This document shows positions 28,447-38,346 of a DNA stretch of 64,000 bases, piece by piece (the first letter of the stretch is position 1; every line of letters begins with the position of its first letter). Source of the DNA: Planctomycetales bacterium (GTDB lineage Bacteria > Planctomycetota > Phycisphaerae > SM23-33). A model generated the notes under the pieces. The model was not told the origin of the DNA and searched no databases. It saw only the letters and a program-made list of their open reading frames with translations. The stretch spans positions 134,648 through 198,647 of the forward strand of contig JAUWNJ010000001.1 in NCBI GenBank assembly GCA_030612725.1, written 5' to 3'. Both the position numbers and the translations under genes were made by a program.

Positions 28447-31440
28447 TCACTTTACTACCAGATTTACCAATCGGTCCGGTACGACGATTTTCTTGATGAT
28501 TGTTTTTCCTTCAACGGCGGCTGCGACTTTTGGCTCGGCCAGTGCGGCGGCGATGATTGTTTCTTCGGCGGCGTCGGCGCTGACGGTAATAAGTCCACGC
28601 ATCTTACCGTTGACCTGAACGGCCAGTTCGACCGTATCTTCAACCAGCAGCGATTCGTTATATTCCGGCCAGGGTTCGTAAGTCAGCGATTCGTCGTGCC
28701 CCAGTTTTTGCCAGAGTTCTTCGGCCAGGTGCGGCGCGAACGGCGCAAGAACCAATAAGAACCGCCCAGCCTGGCCCTTCGAAATCGCACCGGCCTTGAA
28801 AACCACGTTGACAAATTCCATCATCGCGGCAATTGCGGTGTTGAACTTCATGGCCTCGATGTCGTCGCCGGCCTTCCTGATGAGTTTGTGCAAGGCACGC
28901 TCGACTTTTTCGTCGCCGGCTTTGTCAATCAGTAACGATTGAATATCCTCACCACCCGCTATCATTCGCCAGACTCGATGCAGGAAGCGATGCACGCCGG
29001 GCACGTCGCGGGTGTTCCAGGGTTTGGAGGCCTCCAACGGCCCCATGAACATTTCGTACAGGCGGAAGGTGTCGGCTCCGTATTCGGCGATGACTTCGTC
29101 GGGGTTGACGACGTTCTTGAGGCTCTTGGACATTTTTTCGACGGATTCTGCCAGGACTTCGCCGGTTTGCCTGTGTACGGGTTTGTCGCCGGAGGTGTTC
29201 ACGTCCTCGTATCCGACGCAGACGCCGCGCTTGTCGCGGTAGGCATAGGAGCGGATCATGCCCTGGTTGAAGAGTTTTCCGAACGGTTCAGACCCGGAGA
29301 CATAGCCAAGGTCGAACAGCACCTTGTGCCAGAATCGCGAGTAGAGCAGATGCAGCACGGCATGCTCGGCTCCGCCGACGTAAAGGTCAATGCCACCGAT
29401 TGTGGATTGCGGATTGCGGATTGCGGATTCCTCGCTCGGCGGTTTCATCCAGTACTTTTCAACATCACTATTGCAGAAGGATTTGTCGTTTTTCGGGTCG
29501 AGGAAGCGGAGGTAGTACCAGCACGATCCTGCCCATTGCGGCATGGTGTTGACTTCACGTTTTGCAGGCCCGCCACAGGACGGGCAGGTGGTATTGTTCC
29601 AATCGGTCGCCTTTGCCAACGGCGGAGCCGGCGGGGCGTCGGGGTCGTCGCTGGCCGACGGGGTGAAGTCGTCCATCTCCGGCAACTTGAGTGGAAGTTG
29701 ATCTTCGCCCAGCGCGACCGTTCCGCACTTCTCGCAGTGGATAATCGGGAACGGCTCGCCCCAGTACCGCTGCCGGCTGAAGAGCCAGTCCCGCAACTTG
29801 TAATTCACAGCCGCCTGACCAAGCCCCTGCTCGTCAAGCCAGGCGGTAATCTTCTTCTTGAACTCCGCCGTCGTCATGCCGTCATACGGGCCGGAATTGA
29901 CGGCGATGCCATCGCCGGTGAAAGGCAACTTCTCTAGTACAATATCACTTCCCTCCAAACCAAAATCCTGCAGGAGACTTTCTATCTGCCGCTTAGGACC
30001 CCTAACCGTCATTTGGGAAGAGTCACTACTGATTGAGCCTCCAAGATAATATTTTTGTTGAACCAGACTTGGGCTACCTTTCTTTGAGAAAAAGATTCTC
30101 CTGTCAAAGGAACAATTATAACTTTCAACAACCCGTATAATTGGAAGATTAAACGCACCCGCAAATTCGTAGTCTCTTTCGTCGTGGGCCGGGACAGCCA
30201 TTATCGCGCCGGTGCCGTAACCCATCATTACATAGTCAGCCACCCAGATAGGAATTTTCTCGTCGTTGACCGGATTAATCGCATAAGCGCCGGTGAAGAC
30301 GCCGGTTTTTTCCTTCGTATCAGCGGTGCGGTCGAGTTCGGATTTGTGGGAGGCTTCTTGTACATACCTGTCAACCGCATCTCGCTGCTCGTCGGTGGTA
30401 ATCTGCTCTACCAGCGGATGCTCCGGCGCGAGGACCATATATGTAGCGCCAAACAAAGTATCGGGGCGTGTGGTATAGACTCTTATAACTTCATCATTAC
30501 CCACAACAGTAAAATCAACATCGGCCCCCTCGCTTCTACCGATCCAGTTTCGCTGCATAATCTTTATCGACTCAGGCCAGTCGAGTTCGTCCAGCCCTTC
30601 CAGCAGGCGGTCGGAATATGCGGTGATGCGGAGCATCCATTGCTTGAGGTTCTTGCGATAGACAGGCCAGTCGCCGCGGTCGGATTTGCCTTCGTTGGTA
30701 ACTTCCTCGTTGGAAAGAACCGTCCCGAGTTTCGGGCACCAGTTGACCGGAACCTCCGCCATGTACGCCAGGCGGTATTCGTCAATCAGCCGGCGCTGCT
30801 GGTCGGGGGCAAGTTTCTGGAACTTCCTCTGGCCGTAGGCGACGCCCTCCAGACTTATGTTTGGAATCCGGTTATAGGGAGCCACGGGGACGACGTTTCC
30901 GCCTGCATCTACAGCCAGTTCGCCGGAAAAGAGTTTGTCAATCAGTTCCTCGATCGGCCTGGCTGCGTCGGCGTCCGGGTCGTACCAACTGTTGAACATC
31001 TTCAGGAAAATCCACTGTGTCCAGCGGTAGTAGTCCGGCTCGGTCGTAGCCAAACGGCGCGACCAGTCGTAACTGAAGCCGAACATCTTTATCTGACGCT
31101 CGATGTTGGCGATGTTGGCAGCCGTGGTTTCGCGCGGGTGGACGCCGTGCTCGACGGCGTATTGTTCCGCCGGCAGGCCGAAGGAATCGTAACCCATCGG
31201 GTGCAGGACATTGAAACCCCTCATCCGCTTATAGCGGGCGACAATGTCGGTGGCAGTGTATCCTTCCGGGTGTCCGACGTGCAGGCCTGCGCCGGACGGG
31301 TACGGGAACATGTCCAGGATGTAGAACTTGGGCTTATCGGCGAAATCCGCCTCATCCGGGTTAGGCTGGACGAAAGTCCCGTTTTCCTGCCAATACGCCT
31401 GCCACTTCTTCTCAATTTCCGTAAAATCGTATTTTTCCAT
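28447..31440 (-). CDS. leuS: Leucine--tRNA ligase
   Basis: MFPYPSG.GLHVGH (HIGH), [30 protein letters not shown]. Start MEKYDF at ATG 31440. Confidence 0.97.
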   Translation of the reverse strand: MEKYDFTEIEKKWQAYWQENGTFVQPNPDEADFADKPKFYILDMFPYPSGAGLHVGHPEGYTATDIVARYKRMRGFNVLHPMGYDSFGLPAEQYAVEHGVHPRETTAANIANIERQIKMFGFSYDWSRRLATTEPDYYRWTQWIFLKMFNSWYDPDADAARPIEELIDKLFSGELAVDAGGNVVPVAPYNRIPNISLEGVAYGQRKFQKLAPDQQRRLIDEYRLAYMAEVPVNWCPKLGTVLSNEEVTNEGKSDRGDWPVYRKNLKQWMLRITAYSDRLLEGLDELDWPESIKIMQRNWIGRSEGADVDFTVVGNDEVIRVYTTRPDTLFGATYMVLAPEHPLVEQITTDEQRDAVDRYVQEASHKSELDRTADTKEKTGVFTGAYAINPVNDEKIPIWVADYVMMGYGTGAIMAVPAHDERDYEFAGAFNLPIIRVVESYNCSFDRRIFFSKKGSPSLVQQKYYLGGSISSDSSQMTVRGPKRQIESLLQDFGLEGSDIVLEKLPFTGDGIAVNSGPYDGMTTAEFKKKITAWLDEQGLGQAAVNYKLRDWLFSRQRYWGEPFPIIHCEKCGTVALGEDQLPLKLPEMDDFTPSASDDPDAPPAPPLAKATDWNNTTCPSCGGPAKREVNTMPQWAGSCWYYLRFLDPKNDKSFCNSDVEKYWMKPPSEESAIRNPQSTIGGIDLYVGGAEHAVLHLLYSRFWHKVLFDLGYVSGSEPFGKLFNQGMIRSYAYRDKRGVCVGYEDVNTSGDKPVHRQTGEVLAESVEKMSKSLKNVVNPDEVIAEYGADTFRLYEMFMGPLEASKPWNTRDVPGVHRFLHRVWRMIAGGEDIQSLLIDKAGDEKVERALHKLIRKAGDDIEAMKFNTAIAAMMEFVNVVFKAGAISKGQAGRFLLVLAPFAPHLAEELWQKLGHDESLTYEPWPEYNESLLVEDTVELAVQVNGKMRGLITVSADAAEETIIAAALAEPKVAAAVEGKTIIKKIVVPDRLVNLVVK

Positions 31441-31445
31441 TATTA

Positions 31446-31751
31446 TCACCAATCGCTCATGCGTTTGTGGACCTGCCGGCAAGTCATTCCGATAATCAGA
31501 AATTCCTTTCGCGGATTCGTCGGGCCTGATACCAGCGTTACGTCTTTTTTGCTCACGCCGAGCGCGTTTGCCAGTATAGCGGCAACGGCCTTGTTGGCCT
31601 TGCCTTTCTCCGCCGGTTGTGATGTCGCTATCTTCAGGCAATCGCCCAACACGCCGACGATCCGATCCCGCGACGCGCCCGGCACGACCTTCACCGGAAT
31701 GACTGTACCATCATGAACGTCTCGAATGCTGATTCCAGCAATTTCTGTCAT
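31446..31751 (-). CDS. DUF167/YggU family protein
   Basis: [12 protein letters not shown]....P.EKGKAN, LA.ALGV.K..V.LVSG.T...K. Confidence 0.85.
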   Translation of the reverse strand: MTEIAGISIRDVHDGTVIPVKVVPGASRDRIVGVLGDCLKIATSQPAEKGKANKAVAAILANALGVSKKDVTLVSGPTNPRKEFLIIGMTCRQVHKRMSDW

Positions 31752-31810
31752 TGAACAGATTTCCAATTTTCAATTAATACTACAGTGCAGCCTATCCAGG
31801 ATGATAATTG

Positions 31811-32025
31811 TTTAGTCCCGAAGGGACAAGGGATGGTAGCCGTGGGCGTCAGCCCACGGACATCGGTGATACAACAACTTCAGCCCCGGAGGGGCGCCGG
31901 AAAACTCGCTAATAGACTTCCACTCGTCATACGTTCTTTCCGACGTCCCTTCGGGACTAAATTTTTCCGGCCTTTCTCCGGGGGCTTACGCCCCCGGCTA
32001 CTGTCCTCCGGCCCTTCGGGCCTGT
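31811..32025. repeat. Composite REP-like palindromic element
   Basis: TTTAGTCCCGAAGGGAC (31811-27) / GTCCCTTCGGGACTAAA (31945-61), and GTAGCCGTGGGCGTCAGCCCACGGA / TCCGGGGGCTTACGCCCCCGGCTAC. Confidence 0.8.
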
Positions 32026-32085
32026 GATAGGTTACGGTAACCGAAAGGGCCGCCGAATGTTCTTTCAATTGGCAATTGGCAATCA

Positions 32086-32643
32086 TTACAGCATCCCTTC
32101 CTGTTTCGCGTAATCGAACACTCCTCCGGCTGCGATGATTGGTCCGACGTCGCCGAGCGGCGATAGGTCGAATTGCTCGGAAGTTCGCAGGTTCTTCAGC
32201 ACGGCAGCGGCAGTGTCTATCTCGATCTCGTCGCCGGTGGTGAATTTTTCCACCAGGCGATTCGGCGTCTCGAACGGTACGAGGTATCCGCCGTTGACGC
32301 TGTTGCGATAGAAGATTCTCGCGTATGACTGGGCCACGACGACTGATACGCCCGCTTCGGCCAGCGCCAGCGGCGCATGCTCGCGTGACGAGCCACAGCC
32401 GAAGTTTTTACCGGCAATAACCACGGTGAATTCGCTGGCGAATTCGTCGCCGACGACAAATGGGATGTTCCCATCGGGCAGACCCGACTGCGTCGGCGGG
32501 ACGCCGATGAGGGCGTACTTTCCGAAATACCTGCGTTCGTCCGCGTCGGCGGGGTTGTAGGAAAGATACTCGGCTGGGATTATCTGGTCGGTGTCGATGT
32601 TGTCGCCGAGAACAAACACCTTTCCGCGAATGACATTTTCCAT
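32086..32643 (-). CDS. leuD: 3-isopropylmalate dehydratase small subunit family (LeuD/HacB)
   Basis: DNIDTDQIIPA, GKNFGCGSSREHA, SYARIFYRN. Confidence 0.85.
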   Translation of the reverse strand: MENVIRGKVFVLGDNIDTDQIIPAEYLSYNPADADERRYFGKYALIGVPPTQSGLPDGNIPFVVGDEFASEFTVVIAGKNFGCGSSREHAPLALAEAGVSVVVAQSYARIFYRNSVNGGYLVPFETPNRLVEKFTTGDEIEIDTAAAVLKNLRTSEQFDLSPLGDVGPIIAAGGVFDYAKQEGML

Positions 32644-32700
32644 ATTTTTATCCTTTCGATGGTTCGCAGGTATTCTATCGCATGGTGCAGTGTTCCGAAA

Positions 32701-32771
32701 GGTTAGAGGTTAGAGGTTAGGTTCCGCGATAGTGAGCGGTTGTCTGTTTTCTCACCTCTCACCTCTCACCT
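32701..32771. repeat. Inverted pair of heptamer arrays (GGTTAGA x3 ... TCTCACC x3)
   Basis: Read directly from the sequence. AGGTTAG and CTCACCT are near reverse complements. Confidence 0.7.
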
Positions 32772-32772
32772 T

Positions 32773-32900
32773 AAAAAAAGGGCGACACCCAGGCGGAGGG
32801 AGACCTGAGAATCGCCCCTACTTGCCGCAACCCTTGGTGCAGGTGGAGGGAGACCTACACCTTAAGTGGGTGCGGCGGACATTCGCGACAATAACGCCTA
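32773..32900 (-). ncRNA. Candidate two-hairpin sRNA with CUCCCUCC loops
   Basis: Two stem-loops with the identical apex AGGT-CTCCCTCC-RCCT. The second ends in a T7 run. 5' end approximate. Confidence 0.55.
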
Positions 32901-33061
32901 TCCGATTTTTCCGATTATTACATTACTACGTTATTCTTCGACAAAACCGAAGAAAATTCTTGAGAATTTTTTTCGCCTCGCGTACCTTTCCCATCAACTT
33001 TAACGATTTTGCCGGTTTATAGTTCTGATCTTCAGCCTGTTTTTTGTTCGTTCACTCGCTA

Positions 33062-36000
33062 TCAACTGCATCCCAACGATGCGCCACAGTTAAAGCATTT
33101 ATAACAGTTCCCGTTTCGTACCGTAATCGCTCCGCATACGTCGCATGGCGGGGCGTCCTCCTGGAAATGTGAGAACTGCTGATCGATACGATTGATGGTA
33201 CGCACTGCCTTCATTTTCTCAAGCCCAGCCGCTGTAAGATCGTCCGGATTGTGGTCGTTTTCGCCGTTTCCGCCGTCACCACCTGTAAGTAAATCGGCGC
33301 CGGGGGCCGGTACATCCTTGCTGCCGGTCCGGCCGGCGCCTCGCATCCCGGGGGCTGAATCATCCTTGCTGCCACCCGCAGAAACCGGAACTGTTGACCC
33401 GCCGCGACCTGCCGTGCGACCCGTCGCGGTAGTCATACCGGTTTGGTTCAAAAAATTCATGTCCAACCAGCGGAATATATAATCAACGATACTCTTGGCG
33501 AACGGGATGTCCGGATTTGCGGTCATTCCGCCCGGTTCGAAACGCTGGTGCGAGAATTTTCTCGTCAAAGCGTCCAGCGGGACGCCGTACTGGAGGCACA
33601 GGCTGATTGCCGTTGCGAATGCGTCCATCATTCCGCCGACGGTCGAACCTTCCTTGGCCATTGTGATGAACACCTCGCCTGGAACACCGTCGTCGTGCAG
33701 TCCGACGGTTATGTACCCCTCGTGCCCGCCGACCTCGAACTTATGAGTCAGCGACTGGCGAGTCGCCGGAAGACGACGCCGGCGGGGGAGCGGCTTGGAC
33801 GAAGAAGTTTCGACTTTGGTTTTTTCAGGCTCCTCGACCTCTTCGTCGTCTTTTTTCAGGTTCAAAGGTTGGGAAACCTTTGAACCGTCGCGATAGATAG
33901 CAACGGCTTTGAGTCCCATCTTCCATCCGCTGATGAAAGCGTCACGAATATCATCGACGGTCGAATCTTTGGGCATGTTGACGGTCTTTGAGATCGCCCC
34001 GGACAGGAAAGGCTGGACCGCCGCCATCATTCGCAGGTGCCCGGTGTAGTGGATGGATCGGTTGCCGTTGACCGGCTTGAAGGCGCAATCGAATATCGCC
34101 AGATGCTTTTCATTCATATCGGGCGCCCCTTCGATTGTGTCGTTTTCTTCGATGTGCTGGAGTATCCGCCCGATCTGCTCCTTACTGTACTCAAGCCTCT
34201 CCAGCGCCAGCGGGACGGTCTGGTTGACGAGTTTGAACATTCCCCCACCGGCCAGTATCTTATACTTCACCAGCGCGATGTCAGGCTCAACACCGGTAGT
34301 GTCGCAGTCCATCAGGAACCCGATCGTACCGGTCGGCGCAAGCAATGTAGCCTGTGCGTTTCGGTATCCGCTGGTCAGACCGGCTGCGATTGCTTCGTCC
34401 CAACCGGTGCGGGCAGCGTCGATCATCTCGGTCGGGCAGGCCGAGCGGTCTATGTCCTCGACTGCCTGACGGTGCATCCGCATCACGTTAATCATCGCTC
34501 GTCGGTTAGGGGCGAACTCCGGGAACGGACCGATCTGACTGGCGAGTTCGGCGCTGGTTGCGTATGCTTCTGCCGTCATTATCGCCGTTATGGCGGCGGC
34601 TACGGCGCGTCCGGGATCGCTGTCGTATGCCCATCCAAGACTCATAATCAGCGCGCCGAGGTTCGCATAACCAAGCCCCAGCGGGCGGAACTCGTGACTG
34701 TTGCGGCAAATCTTCTCCGTCGGATAACTGGCGTGATCTATTATCGTCTCCTGGGCGATAATGAATATCCTCGCGGCGCGACGGAAACCGTCTATATCAA
34801 ACGAACCGTCCGCCTGGCGGAACTTCATCAGGTTGATACTCGCAAGGTTGCACGCAGAATCGTCAAGGAACATATACTCGCTGCACGGGTTGGAGGCGTT
34901 TATCCGACCGCTGACCGGGCAGGTGTGCCAATCGTTAATTGTCGTGTCGTACTGCACGCCCGGATCGCCGCAGAGATGGCAACTCGAAGCCATTTTTTTG
35001 AGCAACTCGGCTGCACGATACCGACCTGTTACCTTCTCGGGATCAGTAACAGCGTGCGTGCACCATTCCCGGTCGTTCTGGGCGGCCTGGAGAAAATCCT
35101 CCGTCAATCGAATCGACAGATTGGAGTTCTGGTACATCACCGTCCCGTAGGCTTCGCCGTTGTAATCGCCGTCGTAACCGGCGTCTATAAGCGCCCAGGC
35201 CTTCTTTTCCTCTTTGGCTTTGCACTCGATAAATTCGAGGATGTCCGGATGGTCGCATCTTAGCGATTGCATCTTGGCGGCCCGGCGGGTCTTACCACCG
35301 GACTTGACGACGGCGGCTATCTGGTCGAAGACGCGCATGAAACTCAACGGACCGGAAGGAATCCCGCCGCCGGAAAGTTTCTCCTTGCTCGACCGAAGCG
35401 TCGAGAGGTCCGTTCCCGTCCCGGAACCATACTTGAAGAGCATCGCCTCCGAAGCCGCCAGGCGCATGATGTCTTCCATCGTGTCATCGACGCTCTGGAT
35501 AAAACAGGCTGAACACTGCGGGTATTTATAACCCTGAAGCGTCTTGGCCGGCGATTTGCTCTGCTTGTCCCAATGGAAATTACCTTCCGAACCTTCCACG
35601 CCTTTGACGTGGAAAAGCCCTACGTTGAACCATACCGGGGAATTGAACGCCCCGTACTGATTCAGGCACAACCAGGACAATTCGTCATGGAAAGCATCGG
35701 CGTCGGCGTCGGAAGCGAAGACGCCGTCCTCGCGCGCCCAGTCGGCGATGGTCCGGCTGACACGGTGAATCAACTCCCGCACCGATTTTTCGCGCTCCGG
35801 CGTATCCTGCTCGCCGAAGAAATATTTACTGACGACGACGTTTGTAGCCAATTGGCTCCACTGTTCGGGAACCTCCACGTCGTTCTGTTCGAAGATAACT
35901 TCTCCGTTTTCGTCTTTGATGGAGGCAGAGCGTTTCTCCCAGGTTATCTGTTCGAAGGGATCGACCCCTTCGGGGCAGAAATGCCTTTCCACCCGAAGCC

Positions 36001-36079
36001 CGTCCGGCGCATCCCTGATTGCCTCTGTCTCGCCAACACCGTCCTGATCCGTCAGTACCGAAGAAGAATGAACTGTCAT
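33062..36079 (-). CDS. nrdJ: Vitamin B12-dependent (class II) ribonucleotide reductase
   Basis: FNSPVWFN, CSACFI, GGKTRRAAKM, SNPCSEY, ACNLAS, APTGT, SGAISKTVN, TSCPD-like domain and C-terminal CxxC...CxxC. Confidence 0.96.
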   Translation of the reverse strand: MTVHSSSVLTDQDGVGETEAIRDAPDGLRVERHFCPEGVDPFEQITWEKRSASIKDENGEVIFEQNDVEVPEQWSQLATNVVVSKYFFGEQDTPEREKSVRELIHRVSRTIADWAREDGVFASDADADAFHDELSWLCLNQYGAFNSPVWFNVGLFHVKGVEGSEGNFHWDKQSKSPAKTLQGYKYPQCSACFIQSVDDTMEDIMRLAASEAMLFKYGSGTGTDLSTLRSSKEKLSGGGIPSGPLSFMRVFDQIAAVVKSGGKTRRAAKMQSLRCDHPDILEFIECKAKEEKKAWALIDAGYDGDYNGEAYGTVMYQNSNLSIRLTEDFLQAAQNDREWCTHAVTDPEKVTGRYRAAELLKKMASSCHLCGDPGVQYDTTINDWHTCPVSGRINASNPCSEYMFLDDSACNLASINLMKFRQADGSFDIDGFRRAARIFIIAQETIIDHASYPTEKICRNSHEFRPLGLGYANLGALIMSLGWAYDSDPGRAVAAAITAIMTAEAYATSAELASQIGPFPEFAPNRRAMINVMRMHRQAVEDIDRSACPTEMIDAARTGWDEAIAAGLTSGYRNAQATLLAPTGTIGFLMDCDTTGVEPDIALVKYKILAGGGMFKLVNQTVPLALERLEYSKEQIGRILQHIEENDTIEGAPDMNEKHLAIFDCAFKPVNGNRSIHYTGHLRMMAAVQPFLSGAISKTVNMPKDSTVDDIRDAFISGWKMGLKAVAIYRDGSKVSQPLNLKKDDEEVEEPEKTKVETSSSKPLPRRRRLPATRQSLTHKFEVGGHEGYITVGLHDDGVPGEVFITMAKEGSTVGGMMDAFATAISLCLQYGVPLDALTRKFSHQRFEPGGMTANPDIPFAKSIVDYIFRWLDMNFLNQTGMTTATGRTAGRGGSTVPVSAGGSKDDSAPGMRGAGRTGSKDVPAPGADLLTGGDGGNGENDHNPDDLTAAGLEKMKAVRTINRIDQQFSHFQEDAPPCDVCGAITVRNGNCYKCFNCGASLGCS

Positions 36080-36307
36080 CAGATACCTCTTGCTACTTTG
36101 TTCTAATAAGAATGAATAAAACGATTAATTCGACGAAACAACTCTGACCTGATAAAGATTCGAATCCCACCGCCGCCATACGGGACGCTTTTTCACCGCG
36201 GACTAACCAAGTCCAAACCCCGTGAGAATTACTACCCGCCGAGGATTTGGGAACAGAATCGACAAAGAGCTACGCGTTACCACACTGTCCCGCAATCATC
36301 AAGCATA

Positions 36308-36355
36308 ACCCTATATGTTGAGGTGGTCAAGCAATATTTAACCAAAATATAGTGC
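36308..36355. promoter_or_regulatory. Tandem NrdR boxes
   Basis: ACCCTATATGTTGAGG (36308-23) and AACCAAAATATAGTGC (36340-55), 32 bp apart upstream of nrdJ. Both fit the acaCwAtATaTwGtg consensus. Confidence 0.8.
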
Positions 36356-36577
36356 TTTTTTATAAGTGTCGTTCTCTAAAGGGATTCCCTTCAATAAAAA
36401 ATTTGCCCAACAGGAATTAACACCCCCGAATTACTGTTTTTACCGAGATTGATACCATATGGTGGGTGCAATGCGCTCGGCAGGCACAAATTGTGGAAAT
36501 CCTGTTGGAAGGTGTTGGTAATTTTCCTGTTATGAGGTGATACCGCGTACGATAAGTTAATGCGCCCGTCTGAGATA

Positions 36578-36656
36578 AACGAGTCGCGATTGCAAGGGAG
36601 CGGTCATTAAGACTTTCGCATTGGTCTGACCGCTCGCTTGCGGTCGCGGCTGGTAA
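36578..36656. repeat. REP-like palindrome (GAGCCGCGACCG..AGGGAGCGGTCA family)
   Basis: ACGAGTCGCGATTGCAAGGGAGCGGTCA / TGACCGCTCGCTTGCGGTCGCGGCTGGT. A single arm recurs at 38378-38408. Confidence 0.7.
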
Positions 36657-36734
36657 GATGCTCCTGCACGATGAGCGCATTATTTTTCGTACGTGGTATC
36701 TCTCGCCAGGCGATCAAAAAACTTTCACTTCAAC

Positions 36735-36779
36735 TTGACTTACTGTCGAGTCGATGTTATTATGAACGCAGGTTCATAA
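36735..36779 (+). promoter_or_regulatory. Sigma70-like promoter overlapped by a perfect dyad
   Basis: TTGACT-17 nt-TATTAT, with TTATGAAC-GCAG-GTTCATAA at 36760-36779. Confidence 0.65.
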
Positions 36780-36789
36780 CGAGATAATT

Positions 36790-37170
36790 ATGCCCAGACC
36801 CAGATTACAACGGATAGTATCGGCTCAACCGGTCGTTACGGTTTATAAGCCGGCCGGCGTACCCGCCGGCTCTCTTGAGTGGGTCAATCTTACACTTGAT
36901 GAGTTCGAGGCGATCAGATTGATTGATGGCGAGGGTTTGGACCAGGAATCCGCTGCGGGACAAATGGGCATTTCCCGCCCGACGGTAACGCGGATATTGG
37001 CTTCTGCCCGGGGTAAAATTGCCCGGTTCCTCACGCACGGTCATGCTCTTCTGATTCAGGGCGGCCCGGTTATTTCCCCTCTTCCCGGGCGCGGACCTGG
37101 AAGAGGTGGGGGGTTGGGTCGTGGTCGCGGCGGACGCGGTGGACGCGGAAGAGGAAGAATGGGAATATGA
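36790..37170 (+). CDS. DUF134 family predicted DNA-binding protein
   Basis: MPRPR..R, YKPAGVP, LTLDEFEAIRLID.EGL.QE.AA.QMGISRPT..RIL.SAR.KIA, plus a Gly/Arg tail. Confidence 0.9.
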   Translation: MPRPRLQRIVSAQPVVTVYKPAGVPAGSLEWVNLTLDEFEAIRLIDGEGLDQESAAGQMGISRPTVTRILASARGKIARFLTHGHALLIQGGPVISPLPGRGPGRGGGLGRGRGGRGGRGRGRMGI

Positions 37171-38057
37171 AAACGTTTTTCGATTGCATTCCGTGTTTTG
37201 TACACCAGTCGCTGGACTCGGTTCGGATGACGACGACTGACGAGGCGGTCCACGAGCGGCTGCTGCGCGAGGTACTGCGAACCCTCGCCGAGATGGACAT
37301 GCGCCAGTCGCCGCCGGCAATGGCCAAACGCATCCACCGAATTATTCGGGAGATGACAGGCCAAGCCGATCCGTACCACGACGCCAAGGAGCGATTCAAT
37401 CGGTTGGCAATGGATATTTATCCGGAACTCGCCGCGCAGGTCGAGCGTTCAGCGAATCCGCTCGAAACGGCTGTTCGTCTGGCGATCGCCGGTAATGTCA
37501 TAGATATGGGCGTGAACCATAACCTGAGCGACGAACATGTCCACGAGGGTATCGACCATGCCCTGGACGCGCCGTTTGAGGCCGACATTGCCGCATTTGG
37601 CGAAGAGATTTCGAACGCGGCAAATATCCTCTATCTCGCCGACAACGCGGGCGAGATCGTCTTTGACCAACTGCTGATAAAGCAGTTGTTGGCCGAGAAG
37701 GTAACGGTCGCGGTCAAAGGTTCGCCAATCATAAACGACGCCACAATGGAAGACGCCGAAACGACCGGCCTGACCAAACTGGTAAAAGTTATCGATAACG
37801 GTTCGGACGCGCCCGGCACGATTCTTGAAGATTGCAGCGACGATTTTCGACGGCGTTTCGACGAAGCGGACCTGGTCATCGCCAAGGGTCAGGGCAACTA
37901 CGAGACGCTCAATGAGGTCGGAAGGGACATTTTTTTCATTCTCAAGGCCAAATGTCCGGTAATCGCCAGAGATATTGGTTGCCATGTCGGCAGCCTGGTT
38001 TTGCGTCGGTCCCGGTCAACAATAATGAAAGAAGGTGATAGTCATGCCAAGAGGTAA
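37167..38057 (+). CDS. DUF89/ARMT1-like damage-control phosphatase
   Basis: DCIPC, DPY...K, AIAGNVID, LADNAGE, PIINDAT, KGQGNYETL, KAKC. Confidence 0.9.
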   Translation: MKTFFDCIPCFVHQSLDSVRMTTTDEAVHERLLREVLRTLAEMDMRQSPPAMAKRIHRIIREMTGQADPYHDAKERFNRLAMDIYPELAAQVERSANPLETAVRLAIAGNVIDMGVNHNLSDEHVHEGIDHALDAPFEADIAAFGEEISNAANILYLADNAGEIVFDQLLIKQLLAEKVTVAVKGSPIINDATMEDAETTGLTKLVKVIDNGSDAPGTILEDCSDDFRRRFDEADLVIAKGQGNYETLNEVGRDIFFILKAKCPVIARDIGCHVGSLVLRRSRSTIMKEGDSHAKR

Positions 38058-38346
38058 CGGAACAGGCCCGGCGGGTGGCGGCGGACAAGGTAGCGGACAA
38101 GGTAGCGGACAAGGTGGTAGACAAGGTGGTGGACAAGGTGGTGGACAAGGTGGCGGACAAGGTGGCGGACAAGGTGGCGGACGCGGACGAGGACAGGGAC
38201 GCGGACGAATGGGCGGACCATTTGCCGCAGGAGCAGGCGGAGATTGCGTCTGCCCGAATTGCGGGCACAAGGCCCCACATGTGGCCGGTCAACCCTGTAA
38301 TCAGCAGTCCTGCCCGAAGTGCGGTGCAACAATGGCCAGAGGCTAA
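38044..38346 (+). CDS. Gly-rich small protein with C-terminal zinc ribbon (DUF5320-like N-terminus)
   Basis: MPRGNGTGP, (GQGG)n encoded by a 12-nt tandem repeat, CVCPNCG...H..G.PC....CPKCG. Confidence 0.8.
   Translation: MPRGNGTGPAGGGGQGSGQGSGQGGRQGGGQGGGQGGGQGGGQGGGRGRGQGRGRMGGPFAAGAGGDCVCPNCGHKAPHVAGQPCNQQSCPKCGATMARG

Noticed and set aside
31441..31641. N-terminal extension of LeuRS in the ORF track
   Set aside because: It overlaps the DUF167 gene. LeuRS homology starts at MEKYDF (31440).
33062..36079. Intein in nrdJ
   Set aside because: The catalytic motifs are contiguous, and no C...HN splice junctions or LAGLIDADG motifs were seen.
36159..36178. tRNA-like 3' end TTCGAATCCCACCGCCGCCA
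   Set aside because: The T-loop and acceptor spacing fit, but there is no 5' T-stem, anticodon arm or D arm. It is not a tRNA gene. An att remnant is possible, but no integrase or partner copy is in the window.
36080..36300. Cobalamin riboswitch upstream of nrdJ
   Set aside because: I could not find the conserved B12-box elements (GGGAA, GCCACTG, RAGYCAG). The NrdR boxes already explain regulation.
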